Assembly (NCBI GenBank): GCA_039935655.1
Contig: JBDTJX010000093.1
Location: 4,537-68,536, forward strand
Source of the DNA: Candidatus Dormibacter sp.
GTDB taxonomy: Bacteria; Chloroflexota; Dormibacteria; Aeolococcales; Aeolococcaceae
Direction: 5' to 3'
DNA length: 64,000 bases
A model generated the notes under the pieces. It was not told where the DNA came from, did no database searches, and was given only the letters and a program-made list of their open reading frames with translations. A program made the position numbers and the translations under genes. Numbering within the stretch: position 1 is the first letter of the stretch; each line of letters begins with the position of its first letter. Shown here piece by piece: positions 1 to 9,801 of the stretch.

Positions 1-112
1 GCGCGTCTACAGCGAGGCGCCGACCAAGGACCGCGTCAACCAACTGCTCGCGGCTCTCGAGGACCACCTCGGCGTAGCGGCCGCGGCCAAACAGGAGACG
101 CAACATGCGTGA
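1..112 (+). CDS. 3' end of an unidentified CDS entering from upstream of the window (ends ...AAAKQETQHA)
   Basis: Open frame from the window edge to TGA at 110-112. It overlaps the next start (ATGCGTGA). No recognisable domain in 36 aa. Confidence 0.3.
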   Translation, partial: RVYSEAPTKDRVNQLLAALEDHLGVAAAAKQETQHA

Positions 113-500
113 CACGGGGCGGTCCGAGGTGAGCGATGCGGACGATACCCGCGTCGGCAAGCCGTGGGGATACGAGGTTCGCTGGGCGGTGACCGACCGC
201 TACCTCGGCAAGCTCATCCACATCAACAAGGGTGAGCAGCTGAGCCTGCAGTACCACGTCCAGAAGGATGAGTCGATCCTGATCATGTCGGGGGTGATGG
301 ACCTCGTGCTCGAAGACGAGCGTGGCGAGGTGCAGACGCACCGGATGTCGCCGGGAATGGCGGCCCGGGTTCGGCCGGGGCGGCGCCACCGCTTCGTCGC
401 GGTCGAAGACTGCGAGCTGGTCGAGGTCTCCTCACCGGAAATCGACGACGTCGTGCGCCTGGAGGACCGTTACGGGCGCGAGGGCACCAGCACCGCCTGA
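105..500 (+). CDS. cupin-fold protein (mannose-6-phosphate isomerase type II C-terminal-like cupin)
   Basis: 131 aa; the cupin motif region reads GEQLSLQYHVQKDESILIMSG. The start overlaps the stop of the upstream gene. Confidence 0.55.
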   Translation: MRDTGRSEVSDADDTRVGKPWGYEVRWAVTDRYLGKLIHINKGEQLSLQYHVQKDESILIMSGVMDLVLEDERGEVQTHRMSPGMAARVRPGRRHRFVAVEDCELVEVSSPEIDDVVRLEDRYGREGTSTA

Positions 501-505
501 GCGCG

Positions 506-1381
506 ATGGCGACAGCGATGGACAACCGTCCCAACCCCGACCGTCGTCGCGGCAACGCGTTCTACGCAGAGAGTGCACGGGCTGCGCTCGGACTCGGCCC
601 CGAGGTGCGTGCCCTCAGCGATGTGCCGCTGCCGCTCGTGCACACAGCCCTCGGCATCGCAGTCTGCGCAGTGGTGTCGGCGCTGCGCCCCCAGGTGCTC
701 GGCCTGCGCACCGCGGTCATCGCGACCGGCTCACTGGCGATCGCCACGGCGCTGACGCTGACCATCTATGACCGCCTTGTCTACGGGCGCAACCTCCGTC
801 ATGCGCTCGCCGCGACCTTTCTGCCGGTTGCGGCGATCGCTGCTTTCGTCGTGGTGCTCGGCAGCACCGGTGACCTGTCGCTTCGGATCCCAGCGGGCGC
901 GATCGCCGCGTTGGTGATCGGCGGGATCCCGCACCTCGGTGGCCTCCGCGCCGCCGGCCGCGAAGGCACCGTGATCCGGCTGCTGCGCGACGGCGCCGGC
1001 ATCGTTGTCCTCGCGCCGCTGCTGCTGGCCTCGTTCGGCGGCGGCCTGGCGACATCCAGCAGCCTGGCGCTCTGCGGTTGTGGCGTGCTCCTCGTGTCCG
1101 CAGACGCGCTCCTCACCGAGGAGTTGAACGGCTTCGTGGCCGTCGCCACTGCGGCGATGATCGCCGCCGTCCTCTGCGGACTGCTCGTCATCCTTCCGGC
1201 AGCGGGACGGGGCACCATCCGAGCGGGGCTGCTGCTGGTGCTCTGGTATGGGCTGCGCGGGCTGGCGGCCGCCCTGCTCAGCCGCGTCCGGAGCCGGGGC
1301 ATGGTCGTCGAGTACGTTGCGTTCGTCGTCGGCGCTGCGGCGGCGATCGCCGCCGGGGTGTGGCGGGGCTGGAGCGGCTAG
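506..1381 (+). CDS. hypothetical polytopic membrane protein
   Basis: 291 aa with multiple hydrophobic segments, high GC3 and no recognisable catalytic motif. Confidence 0.5.
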   Translation: MATAMDNRPNPDRRRGNAFYAESARAALGLGPEVRALSDVPLPLVHTALGIAVCAVVSALRPQVLGLRTAVIATGSLAIATALTLTIYDRLVYGRNLRHALAATFLPVAAIAAFVVVLGSTGDLSLRIPAGAIAALVIGGIPHLGGLRAAGREGTVIRLLRDGAGIVVLAPLLLASFGGGLATSSSLALCGCGVLLVSADALLTEELNGFVAVATAAMIAAVLCGLLVILPAAGRGTIRAGLLLVLWYGLRGLAAALLSRVRSRGMVVEYVAFVVGAAAAIAAGVWRGWSG

Positions 1382-1863
1382 CCTGCTGAGGTTGCGGCCA
1401 TGGCGCGCCCACGGCGGCCGGCGTACAGGGCGGCGTCCGCTCGTTCGACCAGCGCGTCGACGCTGTCCCCCGCGGTGAGCTCCCCGATGCCGACACTGAT
1501 GCCGCCGCCGGTGAGCACGCAGAGGAACTCGTCGCCGCCGTACCTGACGATGAGGTCGTACGAGCGAAGCCTGTCGCGAAGCGCGGCGACCAGGCCCGCC
1601 CCCCGGCGGAGCGCGCCGGTCAGCTCGTCGACGGTCACCTGCCCGGCAAGACGGGTGCTCTGGTCGACGAGCGCGCGGAGCCTGTCAACGGCGCGGGTGA
1701 GGACGCGTCGAGCCCGCACCGGTGGGAGTGCCCGTCGTCCCTGCGCGCTGTCGGCCGCCCAGCCGACGAGGTCGGCGGTCACGTCGCCAACGTCAGGAAG
1801 TGACGCGGCAAGCGCCTCCCTGCTCAACGGTTGTTCCTCAACATGGTCCACGGTCGCATCCAT
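1378..1863 (-). CDS. minimal or degenerate GGDEF-domain protein
   Basis: The ATG at 1863 gives 161 aa (MDATVDHVEEQ...). It contains DELTGALRR and RYGGDEF, but the spacing between the motifs and the C-terminal tail are much shorter than in canonical diguanylate cyclases. The upstream part of the track ORF is Arg-rich junk. Confidence 0.55.
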   Translation of the reverse strand: MDATVDHVEEQPLSREALAASLPDVGDVTADLVGWAADSAQGRRALPPVRARRVLTRAVDRLRALVDQSTRLAGQVTVDELTGALRRGAGLVAALRDRLRSYDLIVRYGGDEFLCVLTGGGISVGIGELTAGDSVDALVERADAALYAGRRGRAMAATSAG

Positions 1864-1894
1864 GGTGTCACGTACGCCGGTGGTGTGCGCCCCG

Positions 1895-2653
1895 TCACAT
1901 CCCCAGGTAGGCGCGCTGCACGTCGGGCGAGTGGAGCAGGTCTGCCGCCGGGCCCTCGGTGGCCACCTCGCCGACCTCGAGGACGTAGCCACGTCTCGCG
2001 GTGTTGAGCGCCAGCAACGCGTTCTGTTCGATGAGCAGCACCGTGGTACCGCCCTGGTTGATCTCGCGGATGACCGCGAACAGGGCGTCTACGATGATCG
2101 GCGCCAGCCCGAGTGAGGGCTCGTCGAGCAGGAGCACGCTCGGGTGAGCCATCAGCGCGCGGCCGATTGCGACCATCTGCTGCTCGCCGCCCGAGAGGCT
2201 GCCGGCGAGCTGGCCACTTCGCTCCTTGATGCGCGGGAAGAGCTGGTACACGCGCTCGAAGTCGGCCTTGATCCCGGCGCGGTCATTGCGGCTGTACGCG
2301 CCCATGTCGAGGTTCTCGCGCACCGTCATGCGGCCGAACAACCGGCGACCCTCGGGCGCGTGACCCACACCCAATCGCGCGATCTTCTCAGCGCCCAGCG
2401 CGTGGATCGGCTCGCCGCGGAGCAGGATCTCGCCCTTGGCGGGTCGCACCAGGCCGCTGATGGTGCGCAGGGTGGTGGTCTTGCCGGCGCCGTTGCTGCC
2501 GATGAGGGCGACGATCTCGCCCTCATCAACTGTGAGGGAGACTCCGTGCAGCGCCTGGACCCGACCGTACAGGACGTCCACCTCGCGCAGCTCGAGGACC
2601 GGCACTGAGCTGGGCGCCGGCCGCTCCGGTGCTGCGGGCAGCGTGCCGGTCAC
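1895..2653 (-). CDS. livF: branched-chain amino acid ABC transporter ATP-binding protein LivF
   Basis: Walker A GSNGAGKTT, signature LSGGEQQM and Walker B LLLDEP. It sits last in the liv operon and its start overlaps the livG stop. Confidence 0.9.
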   Translation of the reverse strand: MTGTLPAAPERPAPSSVPVLELREVDVLYGRVQALHGVSLTVDEGEIVALIGSNGAGKTTTLRTISGLVRPAKGEILLRGEPIHALGAEKIARLGVGHAPEGRRLFGRMTVRENLDMGAYSRNDRAGIKADFERVYQLFPRIKERSGQLAGSLSGGEQQMVAIGRALMAHPSVLLLDEPSLGLAPIIVDALFAVIREINQGGTTVLLIEQNALLALNTARRGYVLEVGEVATEGPAADLLHSPDVQRAYLGM

Positions 2654-3432
2654 GCCCCGGCCATTCGCTCGGCCGCCCCCTGGCCGAGGTAGGCCTCGAT
2701 CACCTGCGGGTTGTTGCGCACCTCGACAGGTTTACCCTCGGTGATCTTGACGCCGTGGTCGAGCACAACGATGCGATCGCTGATCTCCATGACCACCTTC
2801 ATGTCGTGCTCGATGAGGAAGATGGTGAGCCCCTCCTGGCGCAGCCGGCCGATCAGCGCCATCAGCTCCTTCTTCTCCTGGGGGTTGAGCCCGGCTGCCG
2901 GTTCATCGAGGAGAAGCACACGCGGACGCGTTGCCAGAGCGCGTGCAATCTCCAGCCGTCGCTGCAGCCCGTACGGGAGCTCGCGTGCGTACGAACCCGC
3001 ATAGCGGCTGAGGCCGAGCTTGTCGAGCAGGTCATGCGCTCGGTCGGTGACGCGCCGCTCGTCCCGGCGGGCGCGCGGTGACTTGACAACGCTGTCCCAC
3101 ACGTGCGACGTCATCCACCAGTGGGCGCCGACCATGACGTTGTCGAGCGCGGTCATGAACGAGAACAGGCGGATGTTCTGGAATGTCCGCGCGATACCGA
3201 GCCGGGTGATGCGGTGCGGTGGCTGACCGGTGATGCTGCGGCCGTCGAGCCGCACATCCCCGGAGGTGCTTGGATACAGCCCGGTGATGCAGTTGAAGGC
3301 GGTCGTCTTGCCCGCCCCGTTGGGACCGATCATCGAAACGATCTCACCGGAATCGATGACAAACGATACGTCGTTGACCGCAAGCAGGCCGCCAAACCGC
3401 TTGACCATGTTGTCGACTTCGACCAGCGGCAT
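2650..3432 (-). CDS. livG: branched-chain amino acid ABC transporter ATP-binding protein LivG
   Basis: The start MPLVEVDNMVKRFGG at 3432 overlaps the livM stop as ATGA. Motifs are GPNGAGKTT, LPYGLQRRLEIARAL and LLLDEPAAG. The upstream part of the track ORF lies in the wrong frame relative to livM. Confidence 0.9.
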   Translation of the reverse strand: MPLVEVDNMVKRFGGLLAVNDVSFVIDSGEIVSMIGPNGAGKTTAFNCITGLYPSTSGDVRLDGRSITGQPPHRITRLGIARTFQNIRLFSFMTALDNVMVGAHWWMTSHVWDSVVKSPRARRDERRVTDRAHDLLDKLGLSRYAGSYARELPYGLQRRLEIARALATRPRVLLLDEPAAGLNPQEKKELMALIGRLRQEGLTIFLIEHDMKVVMEISDRIVVLDHGVKITEGKPVEVRNNPQVIEAYLGQGAAERMAGA

Positions 3433-5009
3433 CAGGCCCGGCCCTGCACGGCGGCGAGGGATTCCTCCTCGCCGCCACTCTTGAGCTCGATCTGACGCGC
3501 CCGACTCGGTAACAACCCACCGGGACGTAAGAGCATCATGGCGACCAGTGCGATGCCGTAGATGATGTACGTGTATTTGCTGTAGTCGATGTTGGAAAGG
3601 CTGGGCACGTTGATCGTCTGCCCGAGGGTCCCAGACCACTCGTTCAGGTTCGGCAGCACCCAGAAGATCACTAAGGTCAACACGAAGCTGCCGACGATGA
3701 CGCCTGTGATGTTGCCGATGCCACCCAGCACGATGATGCTGAGGATCGAGACCGATACAGCGAAGGCGAAGTCATCAGGCGACACAATGGTGACGATGGA
3801 CCCATAGAAAGCACCGGCGAGGCCGCTGATCGACGCACCGATGGCGAAGGCGAGCAACTTGGTCGCGGTGGTGTTGATGCCGGTGGCCGCGGCGGCGACC
3901 TCGTCCTCGCGCAACGCCACCCACGCGCGGCCCACGCGCGAGCGTTCCAAGTTGCGTAAGAGGATGACCACCACGATCACCAGCACGAACAGTGCCCAGT
4001 AGTACCACTCCTTGTTGATGCCGAAGTGGATCCCGAAGAGGATGGGTTGATCGATCGACGAGATGCCGTCCGGACCACCGGTGAGGTTGCCGACGTTATT
4101 GGTGGCGAGGTCGGGGATGATCTCGCCGAACCCGAGGGTGACGATCGCGAGGTAGTCGCCGCGCAGCCGCAGCGTCGGGGCGCCCAACAGCGCGCCGAAC
4201 ATCGAGGCTACCGCAGCGCCGAGGAAGATGAGCACCCACAGCGGCAGGTGAATGGAGTGCTTCGGCGAGGCCAACGACGCGCACGTGTAGGCCCCGATGG
4301 CGAAGAACGCCGCGTAGCCGAGGTCGAGCAACCCCGCGAAGCCGACCACGACGTTCAGCCCCAGCGCCAGCAGCGTGTAGATCGCCAGCGAGGCTGCCGC
4401 CCAGTAGATGAAGTTGGGTGCCTGGTGGAACATCAGTGGCAGGAGCAGGCCGAAGGGAAGGCCGAGCGCGGCAAACGCCACCGTCGGGCGGCGGCTCACC
4501 CAGTCCCTGGCGCCGTACGCCACCGCCGCCATGATGTAGCCGAACATCGTCAGCCACACCGCCGAGTCGGTGATGGTGTGGGCACGGATCGGGCCAAACA
4601 GCGGCTCCTCCTGGATGATCCTGGTGAGCAGGAAGACGACCACTGTGAGCAGCAGCCCCACAGCGGCGGCAACCACGCGCACCCGGTCGAACCGCATCGG
4701 GACCGGCTGCTTGCGCATCCGGTACACGAGTTCCGCGACCGGAGCGATGACCAGCATCACCATGGTCACCGCGAGGACGTACACGCACAGCGTGCCGATC
4801 CCGGTGGGACTCGACGTCACCACGTCCATCGGGCTGAAACCGACGCCGCTCGAGGTTGGCTGGACGAACCACGGCAGTAGCCAGCCCATCAGCAGCACCA
4901 ACGATGAGCCGATGCTGAAGATCCAGAAGGTACCTGTGCCCGATCCCCGTGCTGGGCGTTCAGCCGGCTCCGATGCCGGCCGCAGCAGGCCGCGACCCAG
5001 CCTACGCAC
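3432..5009 (-). CDS. livM: branched-chain amino acid ABC transporter permease LivM (long N-terminal extension)
   Basis: 525 aa polytopic membrane protein with a LivM-type core, positioned between livH and livG. Confidence 0.85.
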   Translation of the reverse strand: MRRLGRGLLRPASEPAERPARGSGTGTFWIFSIGSSLVLLMGWLLPWFVQPTSSGVGFSPMDVVTSSPTGIGTLCVYVLAVTMVMLVIAPVAELVYRMRKQPVPMRFDRVRVVAAAVGLLLTVVVFLLTRIIQEEPLFGPIRAHTITDSAVWLTMFGYIMAAVAYGARDWVSRRPTVAFAALGLPFGLLLPLMFHQAPNFIYWAAASLAIYTLLALGLNVVVGFAGLLDLGYAAFFAIGAYTCASLASPKHSIHLPLWVLIFLGAAVASMFGALLGAPTLRLRGDYLAIVTLGFGEIIPDLATNNVGNLTGGPDGISSIDQPILFGIHFGINKEWYYWALFVLVIVVVILLRNLERSRVGRAWVALREDEVAAAATGINTTATKLLAFAIGASISGLAGAFYGSIVTIVSPDDFAFAVSVSILSIIVLGGIGNITGVIVGSFVLTLVIFWVLPNLNEWSGTLGQTINVPSLSNIDYSKYTYIIYGIALVAMMLLRPGGLLPSRARQIELKSGGEEESLAAVQGRA

Positions 5010-6174
5010 GGGTGGTCACGTCCACGCCGAAGAGCCCGACCGGGCGGAAGGTGAGGATGATCACCAGGATGGCGAAGATCAGTGCGTCACTCCACTCACC
5101 GCCGGCGAGCGAGCCGCCGAAGACGTAGATGATGCCGATGATGAAGCCGCCGATCCCGGCTCCGACGATGTTGCCGATGCCGCCCAGAACGGCGGCGGTG
5201 AACGCGATGATCCCGAGCCGGTAGCCGAGGCTCCACTGGATCAGGTTGAAGTACATGCTGTAGACGATCGCCCCGGCGGCCGCCAGCGCGGAACCGATGA
5301 AGAACGTTGCCGAGATCGTCCGGTTGACATTGATGCCGCTGAGGAGCGAGGCGTTGCGGTCCTGGGCGGTGGCGCGCATCGCCTTGCCCAGCTTGGTGAT
5401 GCGCACGAAGGCACCGAGCGCGATCATGAGGCCGATCGCCATGCCCACGACGAGAAGGTCCTTCCAGTCCACGGTCACGTTGCCGATCGTGAAGGCATGT
5501 CCTGTGATCCATGTCGACAGCCCGGTGGGCTTGTTGTCGGCGCCAAAGACAAGGAGCATCAACCCCTCGAGAAAGAAGGACGCGCCGATCGCGGTGATCA
5601 GGGGCGCCACCCGCGGTGCATCGCGCAGTCGCCGGTAGGCCACGCGCTCGATGACCATCCCGGTCAGGCCGGCGAAGGCCATCGTGATGGGAAAGAGGAT
5701 GACCAGAGCGGCGACCAGCCCCAACCCCCCCCCCGTGGCAAGACTGCCGAGTGCCCCGCCGAAGAACCCTGCGATCAGGTAGGCATAGAAGCCCGAGAGC
5801 GTGAAGACGTCGCCGTGGGCGAAGTTGATGAGCTCGATGATCCCGTAGACCATGGTGTACCCGACGGCCACCAGCGCGTAGATCCCGCCGAGAACCAGCG
5901 CGTTCTTGATCTGCTGGCCCATCAGGGTCCAGCCACCGTTGCGGTACACCCCGACGGCGGCGGCGCCGATCGCGCCCAGGAGTATCCAGGGAAAGCGCTG
6001 TTGGATCAGTAGGTAGAGACGACGCAAGGCGGCAAGCGTCTGCACCATCGCCGGGTTCGTCGCGGCGCCGCGGTGGCCTCGCGGCGAGAGCCCGAGCTGG
6101 TCGACCAAGGCGCCCTGCGCAACGCCTGCTGCGGCCCCGCTTCGTCCGGCCGCGGTCTCATCGCTCACGGTCAC
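5002..6174 (-). CDS. livH: branched-chain amino acid ABC transporter permease LivH
   Basis: LivH-type permease (INFAHGDVFTLSGFYAYL...). The true start is possibly the internal MVQTL near 6048. Confidence 0.85.
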   Translation of the reverse strand: MTVSDETAAGRSGAAAGVAQGALVDQLGLSPRGHRGAATNPAMVQTLAALRRLYLLIQQRFPWILLGAIGAAAVGVYRNGGWTLMGQQIKNALVLGGIYALVAVGYTMVYGIIELINFAHGDVFTLSGFYAYLIAGFFGGALGSLATGGGLGLVAALVILFPITMAFAGLTGMVIERVAYRRLRDAPRVAPLITAIGASFFLEGLMLLVFGADNKPTGLSTWITGHAFTIGNVTVDWKDLLVVGMAIGLMIALGAFVRITKLGKAMRATAQDRNASLLSGINVNRTISATFFIGSALAAAGAIVYSMYFNLIQWSLGYRLGIIAFTAAVLGGIGNIVGAGIGGFIIGIIYVFGGSLAGGEWSDALIFAILVIILTFRPVGLFGVDVTTRA

Positions 6175-6238
6175 CCCTCGTTACAAGCCTACCGAGAAGG
6201 GGGAGGGCGCCATGGGCGCCCTCCCCTGAGTGCTGCGA

Positions 6239-7537
6239 CTAGCTGGCGACGGTCACCTTGCCGGTGGCATCGGCGGTGAGCAACTCCTTGGGCATCCACT
6301 TGGAGCCATTGATCGTGTAGAGACTGAACCCCGCGTGGGTGGTGTCGCCGTTGGTGTCGAACGCGACGGTGCCCGTGGCTCCCGAGTAGTTCAGGCTGTG
6401 CAGCTGCTGCACCACGTCATCGCGGAAGGTCTGCGCGTCGCTCGGGGGCTGGCCACCGTTGGCGAGGAGCACTGACTTGATCGCCGAGATGAGCCCGTTC
6501 ATGGCGTCGAATCCGTACGGGGTGTACGGGCTCTCGGTGCCGTCCTCGTTGTAGGTGGACTTGAAATCGGTGTAGAACTGCGTCGCCGTGGGCAGCTTGC
6601 TCGCGTCCGGGGCACTGGTGACCTCGGCGCCGACGGCATTCGTGCCGGCGTCGGTGATGAACTTGTCGTCCTGACAGCCGTCACCGCCGAGCAGGGGCAC
6701 CGATGCCGGCATCTGGCTGCGGATGACTCCACAACCGTTGCCCGAGGTGCCACCGAAGAAGATCACCTGGGCGCCCTTGGACTGAGCATCGGAGATCTGG
6801 GTCTGGAACTGCTTGGTGGAACCGGGCAGGCTGGCGCTGCCGACGACGGTGCCGCCGTCCTGGACGAAGTACTTCTTGAAGAAGGTCGCGAGACCCCTCC
6901 CATAGGTCTCCTGGTCATCGATCACGTACGCCTTGGTGAACTTGAGCTCCTGGGTGGCCACGAACGAGAGGATCTGGCCCTGGGTGATGTCCGTGCCGAT
7001 GGTCCGGAAGTAGGTGTGCGGCCCCGGGTACAGCGAGGCGGTGTTGACGTCGGGATTGGTTCCCGCCTGCGTGAGACCCGGGTTGGTGTTGGACGGGCTG
7101 ATCAGGGCGAGGTGGTTCTGGCTCGCGACGGGGATCTCAGCCACCGCGACGCTCGAGTTGAACGGTCCGACCACACCGACGACCGACTGGTCACTGGAAA
7201 GCGCGGTGATGTTGGCGGCACCCTGGGCCGGGTCATGGCCGTTCTTGAGCACGGTCGCGTCGTCCTTGCTCGTGTACTTGAGGGTGCAGCCGCCCAGCGC
7301 CTTGTTCGCGTTCGCCTGGGTCACCGCGAGGTGGGCGGCTTTCTCGACGGGCGGCCCGTCGGTGGCGTCACCGCCGGTGAGAGGCAGATCCGATGCCACC
7401 GTGATCGTGCCCTGGCAGGATGCAAGGCTTCCGCTGCCGCTCCCGGACGAGGAGGGGGCTGAGGAAGTGCCGCACGCCGACAGTGCGGCGATCCCCACGA
7501 CACCGAATATGGGCAGCAACCGTTTGGTCAGGATCAT
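6239..7537 (-). CDS. branched-chain amino acid ABC transporter substrate-binding lipoprotein (LivK/LivJ family)
   Basis: The start MILTKRLLPIFGVVGIAALSACG (lipobox) is at 7537, giving 433 aa of periplasmic-binding-protein type I fold. The longer track ORF upstream is not supported. Confidence 0.85.
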   Translation of the reverse strand: MILTKRLLPIFGVVGIAALSACGTSSAPSSSGSGSGSLASCQGTITVASDLPLTGGDATDGPPVEKAAHLAVTQANANKALGGCTLKYTSKDDATVLKNGHDPAQGAANITALSSDQSVVGVVGPFNSSVAVAEIPVASQNHLALISPSNTNPGLTQAGTNPDVNTASLYPGPHTYFRTIGTDITQGQILSFVATQELKFTKAYVIDDQETYGRGLATFFKKYFVQDGGTVVGSASLPGSTKQFQTQISDAQSKGAQVIFFGGTSGNGCGVIRSQMPASVPLLGGDGCQDDKFITDAGTNAVGAEVTSAPDASKLPTATQFYTDFKSTYNEDGTESPYTPYGFDAMNGLISAIKSVLLANGGQPPSDAQTFRDDVVQQLHSLNYSGATGTVAFDTNGDTTHAGFSLYTINGSKWMPKELLTADATGKVTVAS

Positions 7538-7593
7538 GAAGCTCTCCAAGACTGGTGAACAAGTGGTGTGCTTATCTACACGCCACAGGGGAT

Positions 7594-7632
7594 GACTGTC
7601 AAACCGCCGGCCAGTTTGGAGAACGACTGTCA
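7594..7632. promoter_or_regulatory. two direct GACTGTCA repeats (7594-7601 and 7625-7632) in the liv upstream region
   Basis: Exact 8-mer direct repeat 31 bp apart, inside the 170-bp intergenic region upstream of the liv operon on the minus strand. Confidence 0.25.
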
Positions 7633-7709
7633 GGGTGGAGAAGGGCGCGGAGTCATCAACTGAAGCGAAGCAATGTTCAGAATCGTGCAGCTGAGAGGGA
7701 CTTGACAAA

Positions 7710-8399
7710 ATGGCGGCGATCGTGGCGGCCGCGGTCAGTGCCGTGTTTGCCTGGGTGGTCTTCACAAGGTTCACGCGGTCCGGGCGCCCCGCTTTCGCGG
7801 CGTGGACCACCGGGCTGCTCATCTTCGCCGCGGCCGCCGCCTGCCAGGCGGCCGGCGAGCGGATCGGTTTCAACGCTGCGCTCTTTCGCGCGTTCTACCT
7901 GCTCGGCGGCGTCCTCGGGGTGATCTGGCTGTCGATGGGGACGCTGTTTCTCCTTGCGCCCCGGCCGATGGCCCGCGCCGCGACCATCGTCCTGGTGGTC
8001 GTGACCGTCGCCCTGGCCATCGATTCCGCCGTTGTGCCCGTCGACACGGCCCGGCTGGGCACCGCCGCCGGCGTCCTCGGTGACGCCATCTCGCAAGGCT
8101 CAGCCCTCCACCTCGGGGCTGTCGTCCTGAACATCCTCGGCACCTTGATCCTCGTCGGCGGATCAGGCTGGTCGGCGTACCGCCTGTTGGTCGATCGCGG
8201 CGGTGTCGACCGTGTCGTCTGCAACGTGCTCCTGACGGCCGGCGCCCTGGTGATCGCCGCCGGTTTCAGTGCGGCGAAGATCACCGGGGGCTCGCTGGAC
8301 AGCCTGGGTGTGTACGAGGCGATCGGCATCGCGGTGATGTTCGTTGGGTTCCTCAGCCTCGGCAGGTTCAAGGCCGCCGCGCCCTCACGCTCGGTCTGA
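7710..8399 (+). CDS. hypothetical membrane protein
   Basis: 229 aa with 6-7 hydrophobic helices and no motif. Confidence 0.5.
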   Translation: MAAIVAAAVSAVFAWVVFTRFTRSGRPAFAAWTTGLLIFAAAAACQAAGERIGFNAALFRAFYLLGGVLGVIWLSMGTLFLLAPRPMARAATIVLVVVTVALAIDSAVVPVDTARLGTAAGVLGDAISQGSALHLGAVVLNILGTLILVGGSGWSAYRLLVDRGGVDRVVCNVLLTAGALVIAAGFSAAKITGGSLDSLGVYEAIGIAVMFVGFLSLGRFKAAAPSRSV

Positions 8400-8487
8400 A
8401 CCTGTCCATTGAACGAAGGGAGTCGCTACGCTGCGGTCTGGCCGCGCGCCGGGGGAGACCGCGGACCGTCAAATGAGGAGGAACGCG

Positions 8488-9801
8488 GTGACCGACCTTG
8501 CCGTCAGGGGGAGTGAGAGCGCCGGGCTCTGGCGTGAGCGTGACGCGGAGTTGATCTCGCCCGCGTACAGCAGGTACTCCGACCTGGTCGTCGACCATGC
8601 CCTGGGCGCGCACCTCTTCACTCTTGACGGCCGCGACGTCCTCGACTTCGGGTGCGGGATCGGCGTCACCAACCTCGGCCACCTCCACCCCGCGGTCGTC
8701 AAGGCGGTGCATGAGCAGGTTGACCGCCTCTGGCACACCTCGGTGACTACGCTCAGCCCGCGGATGATCGAGGCCGCCGCCGCGCTGGTCAGCGTCGCGC
8801 CCGAGGGGCTCGACCAGGTGTTCCTCACCAACAGCGGCGCCGAGGCGGTGGAGTCGAGCATCAAGCTGGCCCGCCGCGCCACCGGCCGAACCGAGGTCAT
8901 CGCCTTCACCGGCGGTTTCCACGGACGGACCTACGGGGCGATCACTCTGACGGCCAGCAAGGCGAAGTACCGCGAGGGCATGGGACCGTTCCTGCCTGGC
9001 GTGCACCACGTTCGCTACCCACACTGCTATCGCTACTGCGAGCACGCGCCCGGTCAGCCCTGTGCGATCGCCCGCGGTGAGGAGATCGAACACCTTTTCC
9101 GGACGACGGTCCCGGCGGACTCGGTGGCGGCGATCGTGGTCGAGCCACTGCAGGGGGAGGGCGGCTTCGTCGTCCCGCCCGCCGATTTCCTGCCGCGGCT
9201 GCGGGAGATCTGCGATGAGAATGGCATCCTGTTGGTCTGCGACGAGGTGCAGAGCGGCTTCGGCAGGACCGGCAGGTTCTTCTGCGTGGAGCACAGCGGC
9301 GTGCGGCCAGACATCATGTGCGTGGCCAAGGCCTTTGGCAACGGGCTGCCGATCGCCGGCGTGGTGGCGACGCACGCGGTGATGTCGAAGTGGCACCCGG
9401 GCGAGCACGGCACCACCTACGGTGGCAACGCGGTGGCCTGCGCGGCGGCGGTCGCGGTCATCGAGACGATGAGGCGCGACCGCATTCCGGAGCGTGCCGC
9501 CGTCCTGGGCAAGACGGTGATCGAGCGGCTGCGCGGATGGCGCGATCAGTTCGCCGAGGTGGGCGACGTGCGTGGCCTCGGCCTGATGATCGGCATCGAG
9601 TTCATGCGGGATGGCAAGCCGGCAGCGAACGTCGCGGCCGGCGTCCAGCGCCGGTGCGTGGCAGCCGACCTGCTCATTCTCACCTGTGGTGTCGACGACA
9701 ACGTGGTGCGCCTGCTGCCGCCACTGACCATCGACGAGAACGAGTTGCGTCGCGGCCTCGACATCCTCGAGCAGTGCATTGGCGAGGAGGTGGGCCGATG
9801 A
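8488..9801 (+). CDS. class III (omega) aminotransferase, 4-aminobutyrate/ornithine aminotransferase-like
   Basis: The GTG at 8488 lies 7 nt after AGGAGG. The sequence carries the PLP class-III fold and a PLP-lysine context (DEVQSGFGRTGRFF). Confidence 0.85.
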   Translation: MTDLAVRGSESAGLWRERDAELISPAYSRYSDLVVDHALGAHLFTLDGRDVLDFGCGIGVTNLGHLHPAVVKAVHEQVDRLWHTSVTTLSPRMIEAAAALVSVAPEGLDQVFLTNSGAEAVESSIKLARRATGRTEVIAFTGGFHGRTYGAITLTASKAKYREGMGPFLPGVHHVRYPHCYRYCEHAPGQPCAIARGEEIEHLFRTTVPADSVAAIVVEPLQGEGGFVVPPADFLPRLREICDENGILLVCDEVQSGFGRTGRFFCVEHSGVRPDIMCVAKAFGNGLPIAGVVATHAVMSKWHPGEHGTTYGGNAVACAAAVAVIETMRRDRIPERAAVLGKTVIERLRGWRDQFAEVGDVRGLGLMIGIEFMRDGKPAANVAAGVQRRCVAADLLILTCGVDDNVVRLLPPLTIDENELRRGLDILEQCIGEEVGR

